This document shows positions 1 to 9,944 of a DNA stretch of 64,000 bases, piece by piece. Made by a program: the position numbers and the translations under genes. The stretch covers positions 1 to 64,000 of the forward strand of contig JANNVQ010000007.1 of the NCBI GenBank assembly GCA_031414535.1, written 5' to 3'. The notes below the pieces were generated by a model, which did not search any database, had not been told where the DNA came from, and worked only from the letters and a program-made list of their open reading frames with translations. Origin of the DNA: Gemmatimonas sp. (GTDB lineage: Bacteria; Gemmatimonadota; Gemmatimonadetes; Gemmatimonadales; Gemmatimonadaceae). Positions within the stretch are counted from its first letter, which is position 1; every line of letters begins with the position of its first letter.

Positions 1-2
1 TG

Positions 3-1118
3 TGGGAGGTCATGCTGGTGCCGATGTACTTGATCATCGGTGTGTGGGGCGGCCAGCGCCGCCTCTACGCGAGCCTCAAGTTCTTCCTGTATACGATGGT
101 TGGTTCGCTGTTGATGCTCGTGGCCGTGGTGTGGCTGGGTATGGCGGCTGCCGAGAATGGCGTGCCGAACTTCAGCTACGACGCCATTCTTTCACTCTCG
201 CGCGGCAGCGAGTGGAGTGGCTCGCTCTGGTTGTTCGGTGCCTTCGCCATCGCATTCGCGGTGAAGGTGCCGATGTTCCCCTTCCACACCTGGCTGCCCG
301 ACGCACACGTCGAAGCGCCCACGGCCGGCTCGGTGATTCTGGCCGCCATCATGCTCAAGATGGGTACCTTCGGCTTCGTGCGCTTCGCGCTACCGCTGTT
401 CCCTGAAGCCGCCATGCATCCCGGCGTCCGCGCACTGATGCTGGCTCTCGCCGTCATCGGCATCGTCTATGGTGCGCTCGTCGCGCTTGTCCAGCCGGAC
501 TTCAAAAAGCTCGTGGCGTACTCCTCCGTGTCCCACCTTGGCTTTGTGATGCTGGGCATCTTTGCCGGCACCGTGGAGTCCATGCAGGGTGCGCTGGTGG
601 TCACCATCAGCCACGGCATCTCGACGGGCGCTTTGTTCTTGCTTATCGGCATGATCTACGAGCGTCGCCACACGCGCTTGGTAGATGACTTCGGTGGCAT
701 CGCTAAGGTGATGCCGGTCTTTGCCGTGTTCCTCACCATCGTCGCGCTCTCGAGCATCGGTGTCCCGGGGACCAACGGCTTCATCGGTGAGTTTCTCGTC
801 CTCATCGGTTCGTTCAAGACAATGCCCTTCCACGCGGTGATTGCGGCGACGAGTGTCATCTTCGCGGCCGCCTATCTACTCTGGGCCGTGCAGCGCATCA
901 TCTACAACCCGCTCGTGAAGCCTGAGAACCAGGCCCTGAAGGGAATGGATCTCAACTGGCGCGAGATCGGTCTGCTCACGCCGCTCATTCTTGGCATCCT
1001 CTGGATTGGCGTGTATCCCAAGCCCGTTCTGCAGAAGACGGAAGCGGCCGCCACGAGCCTCGTGCGCCTCCTCGAAACCGCGCAAATACCCGCTACGGTA
1101 TCGGAGGCCGGCCAATGA
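3..1118 (+). CDS. nuoM: NADH-quinone oxidoreductase subunit M (5' part lies outside the window)
   Basis: Hydrophobic ORF with AVKVPMFPFHTWLPDAHVEAPT, LKMGTFG and KKLVAYSSVSHLG motifs; frame is open from the window edge; followed by nuoN. Confidence 0.96.
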   Translation, partial: WEVMLVPMYLIIGVWGGQRRLYASLKFFLYTMVGSLLMLVAVVWLGMAAAENGVPNFSYDAILSLSRGSEWSGSLWLFGAFAIAFAVKVPMFPFHTWLPDAHVEAPTAGSVILAAIMLKMGTFGFVRFALPLFPEAAMHPGVRALMLALAVIGIVYGALVALVQPDFKKLVAYSSVSHLGFVMLGIFAGTVESMQGALVVTISHGISTGALFLLIGMIYERRHTRLVDDFGGIAKVMPVFAVFLTIVALSSIGVPGTNGFIGEFLVLIGSFKTMPFHAVIAATSVIFAAAYLLWAVQRIIYNPLVKPENQALKGMDLNWREIGLLTPLILGILWIGVYPKPVLQKTEAAATSLVRLLETAQIPATVSEAGQ

Positions 1119-2626
1119 CCTTCGACCTCCTGCAGCCTGCGCAGTTGTTTGCCGCGCTCCTGCCCGACGTGTTGCTCATCGCGGGCTCCATCATCTTGAT
1201 GCTGTACAGCGCGTGGATTCCCGAATCTCAGACGCACCAGCGCTCGGTGGGTATTGCGGCCATCGGCCTCATCGTCGCCACGCTCGCGGCCACGCTGTAC
1301 ATGGGCTTCCGCGCCGACTTTGCCACCACCGGCGTTATTGCCGTAGATTCGCTGCGCTGGACGATTGATGCCGTCGTGCTGCTGGCCGCCTTGGGCACAG
1401 TGGCGCTATCCATTGAGTACAACGACCGGCATGGCATCCCGCACGGCGAGATGCACGTGCTCGTGTGCTTCGCCACCGCGGGAATGATGATTCTCGCCGC
1501 CGGCCGCGACCTGATGGTAATCTTCCTCGGCATCGAGATTCTCTCGGTGGCGGTGTATGTGCTCACGGGCATGAACCGCCGCAGCGGAAAGGCGGCCGAG
1601 GCCTCGCTCAAGTACTTCTTACTCGGCGCGTTTGCCACGGGATTCCTGCTGTATGGCATGGCGCTCATCTATGGCGCTACTGGCGCGACCCAGCTCGCGG
1701 CAATCGCTCAGCGTGCGGTGATCAGCAATCCAATGCTGCTCATCGGCGTGGGCCTGCTCACCATCGGCTTTGCGTTTAAGGTGGCCGCAGCGCCGTTCCA
1801 TATGTGGGCGCCCGATGTCTATGACGGGGCTCCGACGCCAATCACGGCCTACATGGCGGCAGCGGTGAAGGCTGCCGCCTTCGCCGCCATCGCGCGCATC
1901 TGGTACGAGTGTTTCCCGATGCTCATCGTTGGTTGGGCTCCAGTGTTCTGGGGGCTCGCCGTCGCGTCCATGATCATTGGGAACGTGGTTGCGCTGCGTC
2001 AGCAGAACATCAAGCGCATGCTCGCGTACTCGAGCATCGTGCACTCCGGATACCTGCTCGTGAGCGTGCTCGCCAACACGCCACTCGGGACCGTAGCGAT
2101 GGTGTTCTATGTGTTGGCCTACACACTCGCCACCTTCGGCGCCTTCGCCGTGGTGACCGTGATGCAAGATGGCTCAGACCGTAGTTCCGACATCTCCGAC
2201 TACGCCGGCCTCTGGCAGGTGCGGCCGATGCTCGCCGTGGGCATGTCGGTGTTCCTGCTCGCGCTGCTGGGCTTTCCGGTGTTCGGCGGAATCGGCTTCT
2301 TCGCCAAGTGGTACCTCGTGAGCGCGGCGCTTTCATCTCCGCTCAACCTGAACCTGCTGACCGTCATTCTCGTCGTCACCTCCGTAATCTCCGCGGGTTA
2401 CTACCTGCAGGTGGTGCGTGTGATGTTCATGCAGCCGCGCGCCGCTGACGCGCCGCCGGTCAACGGTACGGGTCCGTTCACTAGGGCGGTGCTCGTGGGA
2501 ACGGCCGCCGCAATCCTCGGCTTTGGCATCATGCCGGGTCCAGTGGTGAAGTGGGCGAGCAGCGGAAGTCAGCCGCTGGTGCAGCCGGAGAATATGTCTA
2601 CCACGGTTATTTCCGCCGAGGACTAA
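1115..2626 (+). CDS. nuoN: NADH-quinone oxidoreductase subunit N
   Basis: EASLKYFLLGA, FKVAAAPFHMWAPDVYDGAP and KRMLAYSSIVHSGY motifs; ATGA overlap with nuoM. Confidence 0.96.
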   Translation: MTFDLLQPAQLFAALLPDVLLIAGSIILMLYSAWIPESQTHQRSVGIAAIGLIVATLAATLYMGFRADFATTGVIAVDSLRWTIDAVVLLAALGTVALSIEYNDRHGIPHGEMHVLVCFATAGMMILAAGRDLMVIFLGIEILSVAVYVLTGMNRRSGKAAEASLKYFLLGAFATGFLLYGMALIYGATGATQLAAIAQRAVISNPMLLIGVGLLTIGFAFKVAAAPFHMWAPDVYDGAPTPITAYMAAAVKAAAFAAIARIWYECFPMLIVGWAPVFWGLAVASMIIGNVVALRQQNIKRMLAYSSIVHSGYLLVSVLANTPLGTVAMVFYVLAYTLATFGAFAVVTVMQDGSDRSSDISDYAGLWQVRPMLAVGMSVFLLALLGFPVFGGIGFFAKWYLVSAALSSPLNLNLLTVILVVTSVISAGYYLQVVRVMFMQPRAADAPPVNGTGPFTRAVLVGTAAAILGFGIMPGPVVKWASSGSQPLVQPENMSTTVISAED

Positions 2627-4009
2627 ATGATTTCTGCAGGCATCTTTCGCCAGTATGACATTCGAGGCATCGTTGGCAACGACCTCACGGTCGAGGCCGC
2701 GGAGGCCATCGGGCGCGCTTATGCAGTGCTCCTGCACGAGCGCGGCATCTCCGGCGCCGTCGCAGTAGGCCGCGACAATCGCCCGAGCGGTGAGGCCTTG
2801 CGTGATGCGTTGGTGCGCGGCCTCAATACCAGCGGACTCGACGTCATTGACGTGGGCGTGGTCCCGACGCCGCTGCTGTATTGGTCGCTCCATCACCTCC
2901 CGGTCGTTGCGGGCATTCAGATTACCGGCTCGCACAATCCGCCTGAGTACAACGGCTTCAAGTGCTGCGTCGGTACGGGTTCGCTGCATGGCGATGGCAT
3001 CCAGCGCCTGCGCGTTATCATCGAAGCCGGACAGTTCCGCCAAGGCACTGGTAGCGTGCGCAGCGAAGCGATCATTGACCGCTACGTCACCGACATCGCC
3101 AAGCGCATTGGACCGCTGCCTGCCGACCTGAAGGTTGTGGTGGACTGCGGAAACGGCGTCGGAGCCGTCGTCGCGCCCCAACTCTTTTCCGCCCTCGGCG
3201 TGAAGCCCACGTGGCTATTCGCTGAGAGCGACGGAAGCTTCCCAAACCATCATCCCGACCCGACGGTCGTAGAGAACCTGCAAGACCTCATTCGTGCCGT
3301 GCGCGAGACGGGGTCGGAAGTCGGCATCGGCTTTGATGGCGACGCGGACCGCATCGGAATTGTCGATGGCGATGGCACCATCATCTGGGGCGACTACCTG
3401 CTGCTGCTGTACTCGCGCGACGTGCTCGCACGCACCGGCAAGGGGCAGAGCATCATCTTTGATGTGAAGTGCTCGCAGGCGCTTCCCGATGGCATCGCCG
3501 CAGCCGGCGGAAAGCCCGTGATGTGGAAGACGGGGCATTCGCTCATCAAAGACAAGATGAAGGAACTGAAGGCGCCGATTGCCGGTGAGATGAGTGGACA
3601 CATGTTCTTCACCGAAAGCTTCTATGGCCACGACGACGCGCTCTATGCGGCGGCGCGTCTGCTGCGCATCGTCGCCGACGCCAAGAAGACGGTCAAGGAA
3701 CTCCTCAGCGATGTGCCACGCTTCGTGTCCACGCCGGAAATTCGCGTGGACTGCCCGGATGATCGCAAGGAAGCAATCGTCGCTGAGGCACTCGCACACT
3801 TCCGCGCGAAGTATGCGGTGAGTGATGTGGACGGCGTGCGCATCCTCTTTGATGGTGGCTGGGGTCTCATTCGCAGCTCCAACACGCAGCCCATCTTGGT
3901 GTTGCGCTTCGAAGCTTCGACCGAGACTCGCCTCGCTGAGATCCGTCACGAGGTCGAGTCGTGGCTCGCGGCGCACGGCGTAACGCTCGGACCATCAGCC
4001 GGCCACTAA
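2627..4009 (+). CDS. Phosphomannomutase/phosphoglucomutase (AlgC-like)
   Basis: FRQYDIRG N-terminus, TGSHNP phosphoserine loop, FDGDADR metal loop, GEMSGH sugar-binding loop. Confidence 0.93.
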   Translation: MISAGIFRQYDIRGIVGNDLTVEAAEAIGRAYAVLLHERGISGAVAVGRDNRPSGEALRDALVRGLNTSGLDVIDVGVVPTPLLYWSLHHLPVVAGIQITGSHNPPEYNGFKCCVGTGSLHGDGIQRLRVIIEAGQFRQGTGSVRSEAIIDRYVTDIAKRIGPLPADLKVVVDCGNGVGAVVAPQLFSALGVKPTWLFAESDGSFPNHHPDPTVVENLQDLIRAVRETGSEVGIGFDGDADRIGIVDGDGTIIWGDYLLLLYSRDVLARTGKGQSIIFDVKCSQALPDGIAAAGGKPVMWKTGHSLIKDKMKELKAPIAGEMSGHMFFTESFYGHDDALYAAARLLRIVADAKKTVKELLSDVPRFVSTPEIRVDCPDDRKEAIVAEALAHFRAKYAVSDVDGVRILFDGGWGLIRSSNTQPILVLRFEASTETRLAEIRHEVESWLAAHGVTLGPSAGH

Positions 4010-4016
4010 GCTGACG

Positions 4017-6467
4017 ATGCAGGGGCGGCGCGGAATCCTCGGACTCCTCGCCGGTGGCGCACTCGCGCTACTCGCGGGCCGCTGGATTGCAGGCGTATAC
4101 GCCGACTGGGCCTTGCACGCCTCGCTGGGTTTCGGCGAACTCTGGCAGGTGAAGGCGGGCACGGAGCTCATGCTCCGCGGCGGCGCTTTCGTCATCGCGA
4201 CGATCTTCGCCTTCGCGCATCTGCTCGCCGTTCGGCATTCCATCGTCTCGCTGGTGCTACCGTCGCAGCTCGGCGGCCTCGAGATTGCCGAGGAAATTCC
4301 CACCGAGCGGCTCACGATCATCGCCGCGGCCTTAGCCCTCCTCGTTGGCCTGCTCTTCACGCTCTTGCCCCATGATTGGAGCTCGGCGCGACTGGCCATG
4401 GACGGCGTGGCGTTTGGAGAGTTCGACCCCTATCTCGAGCGCGACCTCGGCCACTACGTCGCCTGGTTGCCGTGGGAACGCGCGCTGCAAGCACGCTCTA
4501 TGACGCTCGCCCTCGTGGTCGGCGCCTTGGTGTCCTTGCTCTATGTCGCAACGCCAAGCGTGCGCTTGACGTCCGATGGCGTGTATATCTCCACATGGGT
4601 GCGCCGGCATCTCTCGGTGCTCTGTGGAGTCATCGTCGTGCTCATCGGTTGGGGCTGGCACATTGATCGCTACGAGAGGCTGAGCCCTGGCAGCGGGGTG
4701 TGGTTGGATTACACCACGGAGGCCGTTTTCTCGGCATTCGACCACCGCATTGCGCTGCCGTTCCGCGCCATAGCCGCCTTCGCCACCCTGCCTATCGCTG
4801 CGGTCCTCGTGTACTCCGGCTGGCGTGGGCACCTGCGTTCGGCCGCGTCCATGCTGGGTGCGCTCATCCTCTTGGGGCCGGTTGCCTCGGCGGTTCTGCC
4901 GGCCGTCGCCAAGCGGCCACTCTCCACCGCTGAGGCTCGGCAGCGACACAGACCGTACCGCAACACCGCCGCGCTTTACACGAGGCGCGCCTTCGGCGTG
5001 GAGCGCATTCGTCGGGACAGTGTGGGGCAGAGCGCGATACCCACGCGGGAACTCAGTCGCGCGGTGAGCGCATGGGACCCCGCTGCGCTTCAGGCGATTG
5101 CGCAAGACGGAGCGCGACGAGATTCCACCGTCGCCTTGGCGTGGCGCGGTTCCGGCGATGGTCTTGAGGCGCTCCTCGTGCAGCAGCCGAGGTCTGATCG
5201 CGCGTCGGCGTGGCATAGCGTGCGCTACGCCGCACCGTCTGCCGACGATGCAGGGCGGCCCTTTCACGCACCCGTGCTCGGCGATGGGCGTTTGGAGGCG
5301 GTGCTCGTGTATCCGGGCGCAATGCGGTCGGTGCTTGCGGCGGACACGCGCGGCGATCTCGCAGGAGCGCCGTTTGAGAGCACCGCGCAGCGCATTGCCC
5401 TCGCGTGGTCAGAGCAGGATCCGCGCTTGCTCGTTCGAGACTTGCCGCTGCCGCGTCCCCGCCTGATGACCACACGTGACGTGGGCGCGCGCCTCGCGGC
5501 GACCGTGCCCTTCCTTGAGGCGGGGCCGACAATCACGCCGCACATCCGCGCCGATTCTTTGTATTGGTTCGTTGAGCTGTTCGTGACGGCGGCGCGATAT
5601 CCGCTGAGCGAGGGCGTCAATTTCAACGGCCGCGAGGTTCGATATGCGGCGCATGCGGCCACGGCCGTGGTGCAGGCCCAAACGGGCCGGATCCTGCTTA
5701 TTCCCGTGGACGAGCCAGATCCCGTCATGCGCTCGTGGATGGCGAGAGCGGGGACCGTATTCACGCCCCTCGCGGCTGCGCCTGAGTGGATCCAACATGA
5801 GCGTCCTCCCGCCGTGGACGCGATGCTCTTGCAGGGCGGGGCCTTGGCCCATGTGGGGTTTCCAGGCGACTCCTCTGGTCCGTCCCAACTCACGCGTCCC
5901 GATGATGCCGACGCAGACCTCGCGACGGGCGCCGCTACCTTCTTCCGCCTTGATACGCTCGGCACCCTTGGTTGGGCGGTGCCGGTGGATATCCCGCGGG
6001 CAGGCCGTACGCTGGGCATTCTGGTCGCGCGCGGAGGCGACGAGCGCCGCACGGAGTTCATCTCCAATGACGGGCCGCGGTGGGCGGCGGTGCTCCAGAC
6101 GCTGCAAGGCGCGGCGGACCGAGCGGGCTTCGGCCGTTCGCTCCCCAACGCCCGTCGCGGTCGTGTACAGGCGATTCCCACGGCCGACGGAGCCGCGTGG
6201 ATTCAGAGCTACTACGACTGGCCTCGAGATGGCAGCCCGCGCTTGGCCGGCGTGGTGGTGAGTCGCGGCCGCGAAACCGTTGCGGCCCGAACGCTCGCCG
6301 AGGCATTGGGTGAGCCAAGCCCGACGAGCCGCGCGCTCACCGGGGATGCCTTTCGCGAGCGCGTGGCCCGCCTCTACGACGCGATGCAGGCTGCACTACG
6401 CGCGGGCGACTGGCGCGCCTATGGCGAGGCCTGGGCGGCGCTGGGCCGGCTGCTGCAGCGCCCGTGA
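4017..6467 (+). CDS. UPF0182-family membrane protein (divergent)
   Basis: N-terminal multi-TM region with DPYLERDLGHYV, YTRRAFG motif and C-terminal AMQAALRAGDWRAYGEAW, all resembling UPF0182. Confidence 0.7.
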   Translation: MQGRRGILGLLAGGALALLAGRWIAGVYADWALHASLGFGELWQVKAGTELMLRGGAFVIATIFAFAHLLAVRHSIVSLVLPSQLGGLEIAEEIPTERLTIIAAALALLVGLLFTLLPHDWSSARLAMDGVAFGEFDPYLERDLGHYVAWLPWERALQARSMTLALVVGALVSLLYVATPSVRLTSDGVYISTWVRRHLSVLCGVIVVLIGWGWHIDRYERLSPGSGVWLDYTTEAVFSAFDHRIALPFRAIAAFATLPIAAVLVYSGWRGHLRSAASMLGALILLGPVASAVLPAVAKRPLSTAEARQRHRPYRNTAALYTRRAFGVERIRRDSVGQSAIPTRELSRAVSAWDPAALQAIAQDGARRDSTVALAWRGSGDGLEALLVQQPRSDRASAWHSVRYAAPSADDAGRPFHAPVLGDGRLEAVLVYPGAMRSVLAADTRGDLAGAPFESTAQRIALAWSEQDPRLLVRDLPLPRPRLMTTRDVGARLAATVPFLEAGPTITPHIRADSLYWFVELFVTAARYPLSEGVNFNGREVRYAAHAATAVVQAQTGRILLIPVDEPDPVMRSWMARAGTVFTPLAAAPEWIQHERPPAVDAMLLQGGALAHVGFPGDSSGPSQLTRPDDADADLATGAATFFRLDTLGTLGWAVPVDIPRAGRTLGILVARGGDERRTEFISNDGPRWAAVLQTLQGAADRAGFGRSLPNARRGRVQAIPTADGAAWIQSYYDWPRDGSPRLAGVVVSRGRETVAARTLAEALGEPSPTSRALTGDAFRERVARLYDAMQAALRAGDWRAYGEAWAALGRLLQRP

Positions 6468-6552
6468 TTTCTGCACCTCGATGGTGCCGTTTAGAGCGAG
6501 AGCGAAGTATTTTTCGGGGCTATCCCAAACTCGAAACCAAGACGGAGACCGT

Positions 6553-7692
6553 GTGAATATTCACGAATACCAAGCGAAGGAAATCCTTCGTGGCTACGGT
6601 GTGCCGATTCCCCCCGGCGAAGTCGCGACGACGCCCGCACAGGCTGAAGCAATTGCCACCAAGTACGGCGCTGCCGTCATGGTGAAAGCGCAGGTGCACG
6701 CTGGCGGCCGCGGAAAGGCCGGCGGCGTGAAGTTCTGCAAGACGCCCGCCGATGCCAAAGAGAAGGCCACCGCCATCCTCGGCATGAAGATCAAGGATCT
6801 CACCGTGGAGAAGGTGCTCGTCACCGTCGCCGCCGACATCGGCAGCGAGGCGTACGTCGGCATCATCGTGGATCGCGCGACCAAGAAGCCCGTCTTCATG
6901 GTCTCCGCCGCTGGTGGCATTGATATCGAAGACGTCGCGGCCACCACGCCGGAGAAGATTCTCTACGTGCCCGTGGACGTGCGCTACGGCCTCCCGACGT
7001 ACGACGCCATGCGCATGGGCTTCTTCCTCTACGAGGACGTGAAGCTCGCTCGCGCTGCCGCCAAGATCATGCAGCAACTCTACGCCGCGTTCATCGCCGC
7101 GGGTTGCTCACTCGCCGAAATCAATCCGCTGGTCGTCACGCCCACGGGCGAGGTGATTGCAGTGGACGGCAAGATGGTCATTGATGACAACGAACTCGAT
7201 CGCAAGCCGGAGATCGCCGCGCTTCGCGACGAAAGCAGCGAAGAACCATCAGAAGTAGACGCGCGGAATTCGAACCTCACTTTCATCAAGCTCGACGGCA
7301 ACGTCGGCTGCGTGGTGAATGGCGCCGGTCTCGCCATGGCGACGATGGACTTGGTGAAGTACTACGGCGGTGAGCCGGCCAACTTCCTCGACATTGGTGG
7401 TTCGTCGAATCCCGAGAAGGTCGTGAACGCGCTCCGCATCATCACGGCCGACAAAAATGTGAAGGCCATCCTGTTCAACATCTTCAGGGGCATCACGCGC
7501 ACCGACGACGTGGCCAACGGCATCGTGACGGCTACCAAAGCGAATCCGCTGAAGGTACCGATTGTCATCCGCCTCACGGGCACCAACGAAGAACTCGCCA
7601 TGAAGATTCTCACGGAGAACGGATTCACCGCCTCCAGCGATATGGACACCGCCGTGCAGCGCGCGGTTGAGCTCGCCAAGGGAGGGAAGTGA
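6553..7692 (+). CDS. sucC: Succinyl-CoA synthetase beta subunit
   Basis: GTG start after [38 protein letters not shown] and PANFLDIGG motifs. Confidence 0.97.
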   Translation: MNIHEYQAKEILRGYGVPIPPGEVATTPAQAEAIATKYGAAVMVKAQVHAGGRGKAGGVKFCKTPADAKEKATAILGMKIKDLTVEKVLVTVAADIGSEAYVGIIVDRATKKPVFMVSAAGGIDIEDVAATTPEKILYVPVDVRYGLPTYDAMRMGFFLYEDVKLARAAAKIMQQLYAAFIAAGCSLAEINPLVVTPTGEVIAVDGKMVIDDNELDRKPEIAALRDESSEEPSEVDARNSNLTFIKLDGNVGCVVNGAGLAMATMDLVKYYGGEPANFLDIGGSSNPEKVVNALRIITADKNVKAILFNIFRGITRTDDVANGIVTATKANPLKVPIVIRLTGTNEELAMKILTENGFTASSDMDTAVQRAVELAKGGK

Positions 7693-7693
7693 G

Positions 7694-8566
7694 ATGAGCG
7701 TTTTCATTGACAAGAACACCAAGCTCATCATCCAAGGCATCACGGGCCGCGATGGCTCGTTCCATGCCAAGCAGATGATGGAGTACGGCACGCAGGTGGT
7801 CGCTGGCGTCACGCCGGGCAAGGGCGGCCAGAAGTTCGAGGGCACAGTGCCGATCTTCAACACCGTCGCCGACGCCGTGAAGGCCACGGGAGCCAACACC
7901 TCCGTGATCTACGTGCCGCCGCCATTTGCGGCTGACGCCATCATGGAAGCGGCCGCCTCCGGCGTCGCGCTCGTGGTCTGCATCACCGAAGGCGTGCCGG
8001 TGCTCGACATGACGAAGGTCTATCCCTTCGTGAAGGAGCGCGGTGTGCGCCTCCTCGGCCCCAACTGCCCGGGCTTGATCACGCCGGGCGAGTCGAAGGT
8101 CGGCATTATCCCAGGTCGTATCTGTCTACCTGGCCCTGTCGGAGTGGTCTCGCGCTCCGGCACGCTGACGTATGAAGTCGTGTACCAGCTCACGCGTGCC
8201 GGCATCGGCCAGACCACCTGCGTCGGCATCGGTGGCGACCCCATCAACGGCACCAACTTCATTGATTGCCTTGAGGCCTTCGAGAAGGATCCGCACACCA
8301 AGGCCATCGCGATGATGGGTGAAATTGGCGGCACGGATGAGCAGGAAGCCGCGGAGTTCGTGAAGAAGCACATGAAGAAGCCGGTCGTGGGCTTCATCGC
8401 TGGCCAGACGGCCCCGCCAGGCCGTCGTATGGGTCACGCCGGCGCCATCATCTCGGGCTCAGCTGGTACGGCCGCCGAGAAGATTGACGCCTTCAAGGCC
8501 GCCGGAATGGGCGTCGCGGCCCGCCCGATGGATTTCGTCGAGCTGATCAAGGCGCGACTGAAGTAA
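7694..8566 (+). CDS. sucD: Succinyl-CoA synthetase alpha subunit
   Basis: [20 protein letters not shown] and RMGHAGA (phospho-His) motifs. Confidence 0.97.
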   Translation: MSVFIDKNTKLIIQGITGRDGSFHAKQMMEYGTQVVAGVTPGKGGQKFEGTVPIFNTVADAVKATGANTSVIYVPPPFAADAIMEAAASGVALVVCITEGVPVLDMTKVYPFVKERGVRLLGPNCPGLITPGESKVGIIPGRICLPGPVGVVSRSGTLTYEVVYQLTRAGIGQTTCVGIGGDPINGTNFIDCLEAFEKDPHTKAIAMMGEIGGTDEQEAAEFVKKHMKKPVVGFIAGQTAPPGRRMGHAGAIISGSAGTAAEKIDAFKAAGMGVAARPMDFVELIKARLK

Positions 8567-8578
8567 ACCGCTAACTGC

Positions 8579-8657
8579 TTCACCACGGAGGCAAAGAGAC
8601 ACGGAGACTGCCTAAGGCGCTCTTGTCGTCTCCGAGCCTCCGAGTCTCCGTGGTGAA
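8579..8657. repeat. REP-like palindrome with 12-bp perfect terminal inverted repeats and internal 8-nt units
   Basis: TTCACCACGGAG (8579-8590) and CTCCGTGGTGAA (8646-8657); internal units GCAAAGAG/ACACGGAG and CTCCGAGC/CTCCGAGT. Confidence 0.8.
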
Positions 8658-8697
8658 TTGTTCCTTTTGTAAACAACTCTGAACTAGCAATCGACCA

Positions 8698-9117
8698 ATG
8701 GCTCTCAACTACACGTTCTCCATCATCAAGCCCGACGCCTTCAACAGCGGCAAGTCTGGCAAGATTATCGCGCACCTCGAAGCCCAGGGCTTCGCGCTCA
8801 AGAACGCGCGCGTAATCCATATGTCCAAGAAGCAGGCCGAGGAGTTCTACGGCGTGCACCGCGGCCGCCCGTTTTTTGGCGAGCTCGTGGAATTCATGAG
8901 TTCGGCGCCCTGCATGCCCTTCGTGCTTCAGAAGGACAACGCGGTCCACGCCCTGCGCGACGCCATCGGTGCCACGGACCCGGCCGAGGCTGCCGCCGGT
9001 ACGGTGCGGAAGCTGTATGCCGAGTCCAAGGGCAAGAACGCGATTCACGCATCGGACTCGGACGAGAACGCGATGCGCGAGAGCCGGTTCTTCTTCGCGG
9101 AAGTCGACGGGCTGTAA
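8698..9117 (+). CDS. ndk: Nucleoside diphosphate kinase
   Basis: TFSIIKPDA, FYGVHRGRPFF, GTVRK and NAIHASDS (catalytic His) motifs. Confidence 0.97.
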   Translation: MALNYTFSIIKPDAFNSGKSGKIIAHLEAQGFALKNARVIHMSKKQAEEFYGVHRGRPFFGELVEFMSSAPCMPFVLQKDNAVHALRDAIGATDPAEAAAGTVRKLYAESKGKNAIHASDSDENAMRESRFFFAEVDGL

Positions 9118-9123
9118 GAACTT

Positions 9124-9169
9124 GGACGGAAGACGGATGACGGAAGCCAACAGCATCCGTCATCCGTCC
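9124..9169. repeat. Heptamer-repeat hairpin, copy 1
   Basis: (GACGGAW)x3 at 9125-9145 and (ATCCGTC)x2 at 9155-9168, directly after the ndk stop. Confidence 0.85.
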
Positions 9170-9204
9170 TGTGCCTAAACTCTTGCACCGCCCAAGCTTA
9201 CCGC

Positions 9205-9233
9205 TTGACCCGAGCCCTTGAGCGGAGTACTTT
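9205..9233 (+). promoter_or_regulatory. Sigma-70-type promoter for the yceD-rpmF-plsX-fab operon
   Basis: TTGACC (9205-9210), 17 nt, TACTTT (9228-9233); ATG is 8 nt downstream. Confidence 0.7.
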
Positions 9234-9241
9234 CCTAGGCT

Positions 9242-9715
9242 ATGCTTTCGTTCCCGATTCGCACCCTTTCGCAGGGGGCGGTGCAGGTTGAAGCTGACCT
9301 CGCTCCCGATGATGCGGTGTGGTTGGAGGACGACGTTCGTCCTGTTGGGGTGCTGCGGGTCACCGGGCGCCTGAGCGGGGCGGGGGCGGGGCGTTATTAC
9401 TTCTCTGGCGGGTTCCACGGATCCGCGCCGGGCGAGTGTCGCCGTTGCCTGGTACCGGTGGAGTATGTGGTCCAGAACGAGGCCCACCTGCTCTTCGCCG
9501 ATGCGAACGACGAGAACGCGGACGAGCCCGATGTGTTTGCCCTTGCTGACGGGGGCCAAAGCGTCGATCTTCGCCCTGCGATTCGAGAGCAGTGGTTGTT
9601 GGAAGCTTCTGGCCTGCCATTGTGCCGTCCCGACTGTAAGGGACTCTGTGCGACGTGCGGTGCCGAGCTCAATGCTGGACCCTGCGCCTGCCAAACGGCA
9701 GCCACGCCGGGCTGA
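9242..9715 (+). CDS. yceD: YceD/DUF177 family protein
   Basis: ECRRCL and PLCRPDCKGLCATCG motifs; canonical position upstream of rpmF. Confidence 0.9.
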   Translation: MLSFPIRTLSQGAVQVEADLAPDDAVWLEDDVRPVGVLRVTGRLSGAGAGRYYFSGGFHGSAPGECRRCLVPVEYVVQNEAHLLFADANDENADEPDVFALADGGQSVDLRPAIREQWLLEASGLPLCRPDCKGLCATCGAELNAGPCACQTAATPG

Positions 9716-9759
9716 TACCCGACTGTTCGTTTCATTCACTCCGCAGAACCGAGACTCCG

Positions 9760-9942
9760 ATGGCCGTCCCGAAGCGCCGTACATCCAAGCGAAAGAAGCG
9801 CGCGCGCAACACCCACAAGGTGGCGCCGAAGATCAATATCCAGGCCTGCACGAAGTGCGGCGCGATGAAGCGTCCGCATCACGTGTGCGAAGAGTGCGGA
9901 TTCTACGCAGGTGAGCAGCGGGTCGCGGCGCGCGAAGCCTAG
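9760..9942 (+). CDS. rpmF: 50S ribosomal protein L32 (zinc-ribbon type)
   Basis: MAVPKRRTSK start, CxxC...HHVCxxCGFY; 60 aa. Confidence 0.97.
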   Translation: MAVPKRRTSKRKKRARNTHKVAPKINIQACTKCGAMKRPHHVCEECGFYAGEQRVAAREA

Positions 9943-9944
9943 CC

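Noticed and set aside
6280..6552. N-terminal extension of SucC in the ORF track
   Set aside because: It overlaps the UPF0182 gene; the family start (MNIHEYQ) with a GGAG lies at 6553.
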